A DNA stretch of 64,000 bases from Anolis carolinensis. Taxonomy: Eukaryota. The notes under the pieces were generated by a model that was not told where the DNA came from, searched no databases, and saw only the letters and a program-made list of their open reading frames with translations. Where the stretch lies: positions 214,288,107-214,352,106 of the forward strand of contig NC_085844.1 of NCBI RefSeq assembly GCF_035594765.1, read 5' to 3'. Positions 1-10,472 of this stretch are shown here, piece by piece. The position numbers and the translations under genes were made by a program. Numbering within the stretch: the first letter of the stretch is position 1; each line of letters opens with the position of its first letter.

Positions 1-1835
1 TAATCTGTTAAGATCGTTTTGAGTTCTGCTCCTGTCTTCTGGAGTATTTGCTATCCCTCCCATGCCTTCTAGCCCTTCATCTAAGTCATTAATAAAGGTG
101 ATGAACAGAAACGGTCCCAGGACAAAACCCTGCAGCACTCCACTCGTCACTTCTTTTCAAGGATGAAGAAGAAGCATTGGTGAGCACCCTTTGGGTTCAT
201 TCACTTAAACAATTGCAGATCCACCTAACGGTAGTTTTGCCTAGCCCACATTTAACTAGTTTGTTTGCCAGAAGGTAGTGGGGGATCTTGTCGAAGGCCT
301 TACTGAAATCCAGATATGCTACATCCATGATGTTCCCTGCATCGACCCAGCTTGTAATTATAATATCTAACTAATATCGAAAAAAGAGATATTAGTTTGG
401 CATGACTTGTTTATGATAAATCCGTGTTGACTATTAGCGATGACCACATTCGTTTCTAAGTGTTTGCAGATCACTTCCATAATGATCTTTTCCAGAATCT
501 TGCCGGTATTTACGTGAGGCTGATCAGACGGTAATTATTTGGGTCGTCCTTATTTATTTTTTTATTTACTTACTTACAGTATTTATATTCCGCCCTTCTC
601 ACCCTGAAGGGGACTCAGGGCAGATCACAATGTACACATACAAGGCAAACATTCAATGCCATATGAACATAGAGACAGAGACAGACAAAGAGGCAATTTA
701 ATCTTCTCCAGCGTCCAGCTTCCTGAGGGTATGCTCGATTCCGGCCACAGGTGGAGCAGATTCTTCATCATCCACTGTGATGCCAACTTCCTCATTCCAA
801 ACACTGCTGGACGATTTTTATGATGTCATTAGTTAAATTAGCCTCCCCACATAGTGATACCTAAATTCCCTACTTGATAGATGCAACTATCTTTCGGTTT
901 GCTTAGGTTGACAATGAGCAGGGCTATTTTTTATTTTAATGGTCGGGTGCTCACTCCGCCAAGGGCTGGCCTCGAACTCATGACCTCTTGGTCATAGTCA
1001 TTTATTGCAGCTGGCTACTAACCAACCTGCGCCACAGCCCGGCGCAGGCTTTTTTTCCTTCTTGAAGATAGGGACCACATTTGCCGGCCTCTAATCTGCT
1101 GGAACTTCTCCCGTTCTCTAAGAACTCTCAAAGATGATTGCCAATGGTTCTGAAATAACTTCTGCTAGTTCCTTAAATACTCTTGGATGTAATTGATCAG
1201 GCTCTGGGGACTTGATTACTTTTAGAGCGGCTAGGTATTCCTGGATGACGTGTTTCCCTGTTTGGGGTTGGATTTCTCCTAATCCTTCATCCATTCCATG
1301 TTGCTGAGGTTGAGGTTGGCTTTCTTTTTGTGAGAAAACTGAGGCAAAGAAAGCATTAAGTAGTTCCGCCTTTTCCCTATCCCCTATAAGCATTACCCCA
1401 TCGTCTCCTCGCAGAGGCCCTATTGCCTTCTTGTTCTTCCTTTTTCTACCAATGTAAGCAAAGAAGCCCTGTTTTGTTTTTAATGTCCCTGGCATGCCTG
1501 AGCTCATTTTGAGCTTTAGCCTTCCTTTATTTTTTTGGAAGTCAGCTCTCCTAAAGTCCAGAATGCATGTTTGACTGGTCTTAGTTTCGGCCTTCCTTTG
1601 TATGGCAAACTGCAGGAGCACATGGCCGCTTGCCCCTAAGGATCCGACCACTTTGACTGCATTGATCAGGTCCTCCACGTTTGTTAGGATGAGATCAATA
1701 GTAGCTGATCCCGTTGTTGCCTCTTCTACCTTCTGGACCATAAAATTGTCTGCAAGGACTTTGTACTCTTGGCCGAGTTTGTTTTCCAGCAAATATTGAA
1801 ATAGTTGAAATTGCCCATGACTACTACATCTCTGT
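1..1835 (-). mobile_element. CR1 LINE fragment (ORF2 endonuclease/RT region), internally deleted and interrupted by a SINE at 551-1043
   Basis: Collinear with the CR1 at 32697-36600. ORF 1118..1852 gives CR1 ORF2 motifs (ADNFMVQKVEEAT, EKAELLNAFFASVF, HPRVFKELAEVISEPL). Internal deletions near 1522 and 1760. Confidence 0.9.
551..1043 (-). mobile_element. tRNA-derived SINE with L2-type 3' tail, inserted into CR1
   Basis: Minus strand begins GCCGGGCTGTGGCGCAGG (A box), has a GAGTTCGAGGCC B box, and ends in an L2-like CCCTGAGTCCCCTTCAGGGTGAGAAGGGCGG...(TAAA)n tail. CR1 sequence resumes in register on both sides. Confidence 0.75.
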
Positions 1836-2013
1836 GGGGCCCCTGGTGGCACAGTGCGTTAAAGCGCTGAGCTGCTGAACTTGCGGACCAAAAGGTCCCA
1901 GGTTCAAATCCCTGGAGCAGATTGAGCGCCCACTGTTAGCCCCAGCTCCTGCCAACCTAGCAGTTCGAAAACATGCAAATGTGAGTAGATCAATAGGTCT
2001 GGCGGGAAGGTAA
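1836..2013 (+). mobile_element. Sauria SINE, 5' part (3'-truncated)
   Basis: GGGGCCCCTGGTGGCACAGTGCGTTAAAGCGCTGAGCTGCTGAAC head, matching the full copies at 3950 and 13250. Confidence 0.85.
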
Positions 2014-3710
2014 TTAGCTTTCCAATTAGCAGAAAAAAACGGTGCATTTGGTTTTATAGCTAGGAAACAGGTGAAAAGGCAATGTAGCAAACCAAATCAT
2101 AAAGAATTTTTATGGTGACTCCCCTGTTTTGTGAGAGAAATATATACTTTCCCCACCAATAAAATTTTAATATGGCAGTGTTATATACTTGTACTTTTTT
2201 GTCAGTGAGATGGGAGTCATCCAAGTATAGCACCACAATGAATTAATGTACAGTACTTTTTGTATTCTCCCTTCATGATATTGTCTTGGGATTTCGATTT
2301 TAAAAAAAAGACTTTTGTGAAGACTTCACAATTTAGTACAAGTATTAGAATTACATGCAGTACATATCAGCAACTGGTAGACTTGGTAAAATGTGTTGGA
2401 AGGATTTGTTGAATTAAATGTAGGATCCCAGTAGAAACTGATGAAGACTCTTGCAAAGGTAAGCTTGAGAATTCTTGCTGGCAGCATTAGAAAACCTAAT
2501 ACCCTTGAATGCAATTACATTGGGGAATGGAGCTAAAAAAATAGGCTTAGAAGAAGAGGTTAGAGGAGCATAAAAATACTATATATAGCCTTCTTCAGAA
2601 GAGAAGAGGTGAGGAATTTTAAAAGAGTACATTTCAAATTAAAAGGAATACTTTCATATTGATTTAATTCTCAACAATGTGTAACAAATTCATTGTTTTA
2701 AACGAGCTCTTTTAAACAAAAGCCTTGTTTACAGAATTCCAGTGAGGGACGTGGCAGACTTTTCTGTGGTATGTTGAATGTTACAAAATACAATCTGAGT
2801 GTTCTGCAAATTTCCCTGACAAAGCAGTAGTATTCAGGTCAGTCAAAGTTGGAACGTCTTTTGTTCAGACTTCTGAGAATAATGCTTTGGAATTTAAAGG
2901 CTCCCAGTAGCATTGTCCCTGCTCTCTTGTTGGTACAATTTACTGCTAACTCTTGTCGAATTCTCCTTCATCTCAACAAATAGGCAATTTATCTTATTTA
3001 TGCTGAGTTTAAAGAAATCTACAACAGAAACAAGTTATGTTTACCTTTTAAAATTATGTTTGAATGTTGAGTTTGTGATTAAAACTTTCAAGCATTTGGG
3101 AGGAGTGTATATACAAAAGTTAATGTTTGTCATTTCTTGTTGCAAAATTCCCATGAAGTGAAATAATAATTGCTTTTTTGTCCTTCAAAGTTAAGTGACA
3201 GTATATCTCTGCTACACAGTTATAGCAGTTTAATATTGTTTAATACCCATGGCTTCATCCTACAGAATTTTGGGATTTGTACTTTGGCGAGGCACTTGCT
3301 GTTCTCTGCTGGAGGTATAGAACATTGTAGTTCAGGGGAGTGCACTAGTTTTCTTGCAGGGAATTGTAAATATCTCTAAACTACAAAGCCTAACTATTCT
3401 CTCATATAGAGCCATGATAAGTAAAGTAGTGTTGAATTGTTCTAACATTCTAGTGTATATATTCTGAGGCAGTGATCCATACGCAGAGTGTAACTTTTTT
3501 AAAAAGCTTTATTTTAGAAACACCCTGTGACAAGGAACTTGTCTGAAATTACTCCACATGGTAAGGGCTCTGCAAACCACATGGGCATCTATCTACTTCA
3601 GATAAATCACATGCCATGTTGAATTTCCTGTGTTACATTTTCCGTGTCTGTCTCTATCCAGCTTGCAGGTTTGAATGACACATTTCACCAAATCCTTTAA
3701 CACTGACTTG

Positions 3711-3880
3711 AACTTACTGCCTCGGAGTGTGGTGGAAGCTTCTTCTTTCAAGGCTTTTAAACACAGGCCGGATGATCCTCTGTCAGGGGTGCTTTGATTA
3801 TGCTTTTCCTGCATGACAGGCATTGAACTAGATGGCCCATGCAGTCACTTCCAACTACAGTATAAGATTCTATGATATTA
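3711..3880 (+). mobile_element. CR1 3' end fragment
   Basis: Matches the 3' end of the large CR1 (GTGGTGGAAGCT...CTGTCAGGGGTGCTTTGA...GATTCTATGAT tail). Confidence 0.75.
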
Positions 3881-3949
3881 TGACCTGTTCTAGATAAAGC
3901 ATATTCAAATTGGCCTTTTAAACCATTTTGATACCTGTAGAGTATTGCT

Positions 3950-4279
3950 GAGCCCCCGGTGGCGCAGTGTGTTGAAGCGCTGAGCTGTTGAACTTGCAGA
4001 CTGAAAGGTTGCAAGTTCGAATCCGGGGAGCGGAGTGAGCACCCACTGTTAGCTCCAGCTTCTTCTGCTAACCTAGCAGTTCGAAAACATGCAAATGTAG
4101 ATCAATAGGTACCACTCCGGCACGAAAGTAACGGCGCTCCATGCAGTCATGCCACATGACCTTGGAGGTGTCTACGGACAATGCCGGCTCTTCGGCTTAG
4201 AAACGGAGATGAGCACCAATCCCCAAAGTCGAACATGACTGGACTTAATGTTAGGGGAAACCTTTACTTTTACCTTTAC
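3950..4279 (+). mobile_element. Full-length Sauria SINE with target-site duplication
   Basis: tRNA-like head, (ACCTTT)n tail, TSD TAGAGT(A/C)TTGCT at 3938-3949 and 4280-4291. Confidence 0.92.
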
Positions 4280-4930
4280 TAGAGTCTTGCTATCATTAAT
4301 GTATTAATGTCAATTAATCCCTCCAGATTAGATGTTTCAGTACCCCGAAGTCATGTTTAGTTAAAGAATTCACAAATAATACAATGTATTTTACAACATA
4401 ATTATCTGAAATGTTTTAAGCAATGTTTCAGTTACCTGCCATTGTGTTCTGTACTGACAATGAACAGCTGGAACAAAATTTATTCCAACAAATCAATTGC
4501 ATTTGCCACTGGGAAACTTTTTTCCCCATACAAAGTACAAGTATATCTGGAGACCTATATTCTCATATCATTTGTGTTTGAAATGGGATACTGAAAAGCT
4601 GATGTTTAGAATGCTTAATCGATCCTTCAAAAGTGAGGAAGCAGAGGTGGAAGAGCAATAAGCTCATGCTCATTTGATATGGTCTATGAATGACTAATAG
4701 AGATGCTATTGTGATCCTGATACTGATATCACAGACGTTTGACCATAGAGCAAATAGAGATAAAATTCAAAAATGACCAGAGTCAAAAACAAACAAAGAA
4801 ACATTGCTAGAAATCTTGGAACTGTTTCCAAAAGAAAGCATTCTTTACCACATAATTTGTGGTGCAAATAGTGAAGAACAGTATGTATTCAGAACATGGA
4901 ATGAGAGGGATCCTACCAGAGTCACAGCCC

Positions 4931-4935
4931 TATTA

Positions 4936-5000
<65 letters not shown>
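4931..5000. repeat. (TTA)n(TAA)n self-complementary microsatellite
   Basis: A run of TTA triplets switches directly to TAA triplets. Confidence 0.9.
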
Positions 5001-6355
5001 CATTACTTTTTCTTTTTACAAAAGTAGACTCAATGTGGTGTGAGTATCACTAACCTGAAAGCATGTGTTTATCTATTGTTTTGGAGACATATAGAAGTGT
5101 AGCATCTAGTCTCAGGTACTGCTATTTCAGAGCGATGATTAGTCTGAAGCGATTATCACAAGTTATTGAAGCTTAATGACAGGAAAATATGTGAAGTGTA
5201 GCATTACTGATAAACTGTGTTTGCTGAGCAGCTTCAAATGGGGTACACACCAGGGACAGAAGTAATAATTAAGGGGTACCTGTTTGAGTTCACAAATAAT
5301 TGCTTCTTCCCATAGTACATACCAGATAAACTAGGGGGAAATTGCAAAAAGTGTTCTAGAACTGCAGTACTAAGTAATCATATCCTCTGAAATGAGACCG
5401 CTACCTGAATAGACAACCTAGTACACGATCAGAATTCTCCCTTGGTTGGAGTTAGCTGACAGTATGAATTGACCCATATTGCTGTACTGGATTAAAGGGT
5501 GGGAAACAGACAGAAGGCTTACTAACGAAAGACCTGATGTGTATATTAGCACAATTCAGGAAAATAAGCTATATCTCCCCCCCCCCCTTTGTTATTTATA
5601 CAGTTGGGCAGCAGATTAAAAAATGGCAGACAGTACACCACATGTGGGAAATTTATGATCCTTCATTGCCTCAGCAGGGATAATTTTGTTATTGAGATAG
5701 AAAATTACTCCACAATATCATTAATGCTAGGGCTAGGACTTTCTGCAAATAAATAAAGCAGATTCTTTAGGATTTATGTTAATTTGCTGATTTGGGCAAG
5801 TTGCTATAAAGATTTATGTTATTTATATTGGGAAATAATAATCCAATCTTTTTAAGACAAAAATTATGTTGCCTGGATATTTTAGCAGAAAATGAGATCT
5901 ATCAAATACAGTACTCCGAATAAATGTTCTGCTATATGTGGGTTTTTAAAGTTTTGGATGTTTTGATATTGTGGAATAACTTTTATTATAGATCCACACT
6001 CATGTAAAAAATGGAACGCTTTTATCCCTGAGACACATTGGAATGCTTAATAATACCACAGAATTCATTCAGTAAAAGGTTTTTTTTAATCGCATGGATG
6101 AGACGTAATAGCTTTATTATTCACTTCGTTTTGTGTTTTTAATAATATTGACCAGTACTTTAGTGGAAAGGCAAGATATAAATGTGATAAATCATTTTCT
6201 TTCCTGAAAGAAAAGCTTGTCTAATCAGCCATTGGTGTGTGTCTTTGTGTGTGTGATTGAGAAATAGAGATTGAAACAGTAGCAGTAATAGTAGAAGTAG
6301 TAATTGTAGTATATAATAGGTTTTTGTGATCAAGAACTTCGCATTTGATGTGTAG

Positions 6356-6841
<486 letters not shown>

Positions 6842-7669
6842 TAAATGACCTCCACATTTTACAGTTTTGCAGCTATTTAATATGTTCATTCATATCCCTA
6901 GGTTCAGGAAAAAATTAAGTCAATAATAGCTTTATGAGCAATTTGGCTGCTCATCGTGATGAGGAATGTTACTGTTGTTCCTTCTACTCATGAAGGACTC
7001 TAAGAAAAAGATTTTTGAGCAAAAATATAATTGGGGAAAAGGTCTTAGATAGATGTAAGTTGCATTGTAAAGGACCTCTGGATACTTAGAAAACCTAAGT
7101 GCTCAACTTGATTTAGGAAGATCCCAAATCATCCATGAAGCTTATGTGGGACTATGCTTATGTAATCTACCTCACAGACCTTTTTAAAAAGTCTAATAAT
7201 TAATAGGTTAGCAGAAGACATTACACTGAACTTAGTTTATTTGTGAAAGACAAATTTACAAAATTAAAACATTCAGTTAGAAGACATTGAACACACTTTC
7301 ACTAGATGTGTGATTTTTCCTTAGTTTGGGAAATGTGGCATAGTATATAGTAGATCTAATTTTTCTACTATTTTTCTTGAGATTACCATGGATATAAGAG
7401 CTTTGTTGTCCAAATGTATGGGTGCTTACAAAATATAACCCCCATTTTATTTAATGATATTTACTCCCAGGTAAATGTGTATAAGATTGCAATCTTAAAT
7501 TGTCTTATTGTAGATAGGAAATTTTTACTCTTTACAGGTTCTTATGTAAAGGATTATAATTAAGAGCCAAACTTCATAAGAATATATGTTTATTATAAAA
7601 AGGGTACAAAAGCAGTATCTGTTATGATATTTTTTTAAAAAAATATCTTCACTATTATCATGACAAGGC

Positions 7670-8877
7670 TGTTGTGATGGAGTAGTAGAGATACTACTAG
7701 TTGTTTTAGAAGAGGCAGGAAAACTACTCGTGAGCAAGACTCCGATGAGGAGCAACAAACGAAGAGAATCCGGGAAATACTTATGGAACCTACTGATGAT
7801 GATTCCTTTGAGGGTTTTGAAGGGGATTATGGGGCTGGGAGTCAGGAGGATGGGATATCGGACTCTGGGAGTGAAGAGATGAATTGGACTAGGGTTCAAG
7901 AGATCCGTAATATTTGTGAGGAACCCACAAGCAGTGGCACATTTGAGGGATGGGACAGTGAAGATACAGCTGGATCCTGGGGAGTTATGGGTTTGGATAG
8001 AAGGTGGACTGGAGAGATCGTAGAAGGGCAGCAGCTGGAGGTGGGTTTGGTGGGGCATTGGGCGACTCCAGCTCCAATGAGGATTTGCGGCAACAAGGTT
8101 CAGCTGTGGATAGGGCGTTAGCTGGCTCAAGTTCTGAGGAGGACTTGTAAATAAAAGTAAGTTTGTTGCTAATGTAACCTTGCAATTGGCAAGGTGTTTG
8201 TTGGGCGCTTTCGGGATCTCTGTTTCAGAAGACGTGTTTGGAAGACTGCTTTGGAACGTAAGTGTTAACCCGGGTTTTTAGTGGCAACGGGGGCTGGCAT
8301 TGTGTGGGTTTGCGCTGGATTGTACTGTGTTGGTTTTATGCATTAGCTGCCGGCTTGCCACCGTCGCTTTGGCTCTTTGTGTTGACCTTGGACTGGAATT
8401 CAGTGACTGAGACTTTTCCCTAACCACGTGGATTGGAACTTGGTGCTTGTGACGACTCCCTAACTACGCGGATTGGAACTCGGTGCCTGTGACTTCTCCC
8501 TAATGACGCGGACAGGACGTGGCGGCTGAGACTTCTCCTTTACAACGCGGTTTGGCTTCACGACGACGTTCTGGGGCACGGTGTGCCCGCTGGTCACTGC
8601 GGGTTATTGCTGGTTGCTTTCTTCCGTTTGCTAAGCTCCAACGAGTAGGTGGATTGAGTTTCCAGCCCTTTCGGCGTAGTTTGTTTTAATCCGAATTATT
8701 TCCCAGGATAATCCGGATTATATCCCGAGTTCGGGTTTTTTGAGTTCTTTTTGGACATTGTTATTTCACACTGAAGAGAAAGTGTTTTGAGCCCTTTTTG
8801 GTGGTTTTCTAGGCTCTTTTTGTGTTGTTTCGCAATAAGCTGAGTTATTTACATTGGCTGGTGTCTGACTCGTAACA
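7670..8877 (+). mobile_element. Probable solo LTR (Gypsy-like) with an internal ~40-bp tandem repeat at 8390-8560
   Basis: TGTTGTGA...TCGTAACA imperfect terminal inverted ends, TATA-like TAAATAAAAG at ~8148, AATAAG about 40 nt before the end, CpG-richer than the flanks. No clear TSD. Confidence 0.55.
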
Positions 8878-9135
8878 TGCTATCACTGATGAGTTTGTAA
8901 TACTAAGCTTGTCTCCTTCATTTCTTCTGTGTTTTGGAAGGTTACTATGAACACAAATGGAAATTTTAGATGCTCTTTCTTTTTTGTTGGTTTCTTGTTG
9001 GTAAAAGATCCTAGAAACTGTAGCTATGACTAAACTGTATCTCCTAGAATCGTCCAGCCTGTTTGGCTACTTGACCTCCTAGGAGTTGTAGTGTGTGTGT
9101 GTATATATATATATTTACACAGCTTTATATATAAA

Positions 9136-10311
9136 CTAGCTTTGCCCGGCCACGCGTTGCTGTGGCTTATCGGAATTATTTGTTGGCCAGGTGGAATAGG
9201 AGTGAATAGCCTTGCAGTCTGAAAGTCTGGCCATTTTGTGGAGTGGTTGGAGTAGGGGAATCCTTGTTTGGCTAGATTGAATGGCATTGAATAACTTTGT
9301 AGGTGAAAAGGCTGGTCGCTTTGTATATAGGGTATACTTGGTAGGCCAGGTTGAATGGGAAAGAGTGTTGGGATTTCAGAGTTTGGGGGGTTTGTATGTA
9401 GGGGAAATGTTGGTTGGAGTGGTTGAAAAGTATTGAATAGCCTTGATGGTTGCAAGGCTGGGCGGTTTGAAGTTGAAAACACCTGGAGGGAGGGCTGAAG
9501 CTTGGGTGAAGAGTACCTGGTTGAGCTTCTCGGGGCAGACGGCGGAGTATCTGCTGTTGGAGAGGGCCCTCATGCGGAAGGAGTAGCAGAAGGAGACAGG
9601 GTGGTTGCAGCGGGCCAGCGTCACCACGTCCAGGTCTCCAGAGCATAGGATGCAGCAGGGCCCTGCGGCCGTGGGTGGAGGTGGCTTTGGGGCCGAACGA
9701 GAGGGTGGTAGTGGCGTGGAGGGCATGGTAGGGGAGGGCGCCTTGGGTGAGGGAGGCCCAGTCGGTCTCGCGTGGAGATTAGCAAGAGCCCCTTCCTCCG
9801 TGGCTGCCTCCCTGCCTTTGCTCGGACAAAGAGAGGGGCACTTCCGCTCGTCGCTCCATAGTTTTGGTCATTGCCATGGTGACCAGTTCCGGTAGGTTGT
9901 TAGGTATTGTGGGTGTTGAAGTCCAAAACGTGTGAAGGGCAGGGGGAAGGTTGCCTCTCTTTTTACTGACTGAAGAGTGAATACAGTGTTGTGGTAAAAA
10001 GAAGTCCAAATTATCTAAGCGTTGATTATGTCTATATCGTTCTGTAGTGGTGTGTAGAGGTACTTATAAATATTGTATGTGTAGCTCTGTGTGGATTTGT
10101 GTGTGCGAGGGAAGGGTTGGGAGGATTGTGGTGCATGCGCACATCACCTGTTGTGGTTGTAGGTGTTGTGATTGTGTTTTTAGTATAATTTTGTTGTATC
10201 ATACTTGAGGTGGGGATTATTGATTGTGTTGCCAATTTTTGAGTTTAGGGTTTTTTGGGTTTGGTTGTTCTTGTGTCGCCGTGACGCCAAAAGCCTTTTT
10301 ATATAGAGAGA
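9136..10311 (-). mobile_element. Non-autonomous Helitron carrying a captured gene fragment
   Basis: Minus strand starts TCTCTCTATATAAAAAG and ends with a GCCACAGCAACGCGTGGC hairpin followed by CGGGCAAAGCTAG|T. Inserted at A|T with no TSD. The 3' region is shared with the element at 23499. Confidence 0.8.
9517..9726 (-). pseudogene. ZNF598: Captured, degenerate first coding exon of a ZNF598-like gene (RING finger)
   Basis: Translation CILCSGDLDVVTLARCNHPVSFCYSFRMRALSNSRYSAVCPEKLNQ aligns with the recalled ZNF598 RING (CVLCCGDLEATALGRCDHPVCYRCSTKMRVLCEQRYCAVCREELRQ). It ends at a CAG|GTACTC donor. Several Cys residues are lost. Confidence 0.8.
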
Positions 10312-10313
10312 TT

Positions 10314-10472
10314 GGGAGCAGAATCACTTCAGAAATGACGTATCTACGGGTATGAGATTCTGGTAACAACATGGTACAGCTTGAGATAGATAGATATAAT
10401 CTCAAGATGTTCCATGTTGTTACCAGAATCTCATACCCATAGATACGTCATTTCTGAAGTGGTTCTGCTCCC
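10314..10472. repeat. Near-perfect inverted repeat (74-bp arms, 11-nt spacer)
   Basis: 10314-10387 is the reverse complement of 10399-10472 with about 4 mismatches. Confidence 0.95.

Noticed and set aside
3950-4030. tRNA gene-like A/B boxes
   Set aside because: These are SINE heads continuing into SINE body and tail, not cloverleaf tRNA genes.
2400-5050. Candidate first coding exons (donors AAG|gtaagc ~2459, ATG|gtaagg ~3561, T|gtgagt ~5040)
   Set aside because: None gives an ATG-initiated open frame ending in phase 2, as needed to join the 6442 acceptor.
7525-8185. Overlapping ORFs of 201, 112 and 66 aa
   Set aside because: They lie in the LTR-like repeat, are compositionally biased and show no recognisable domain.
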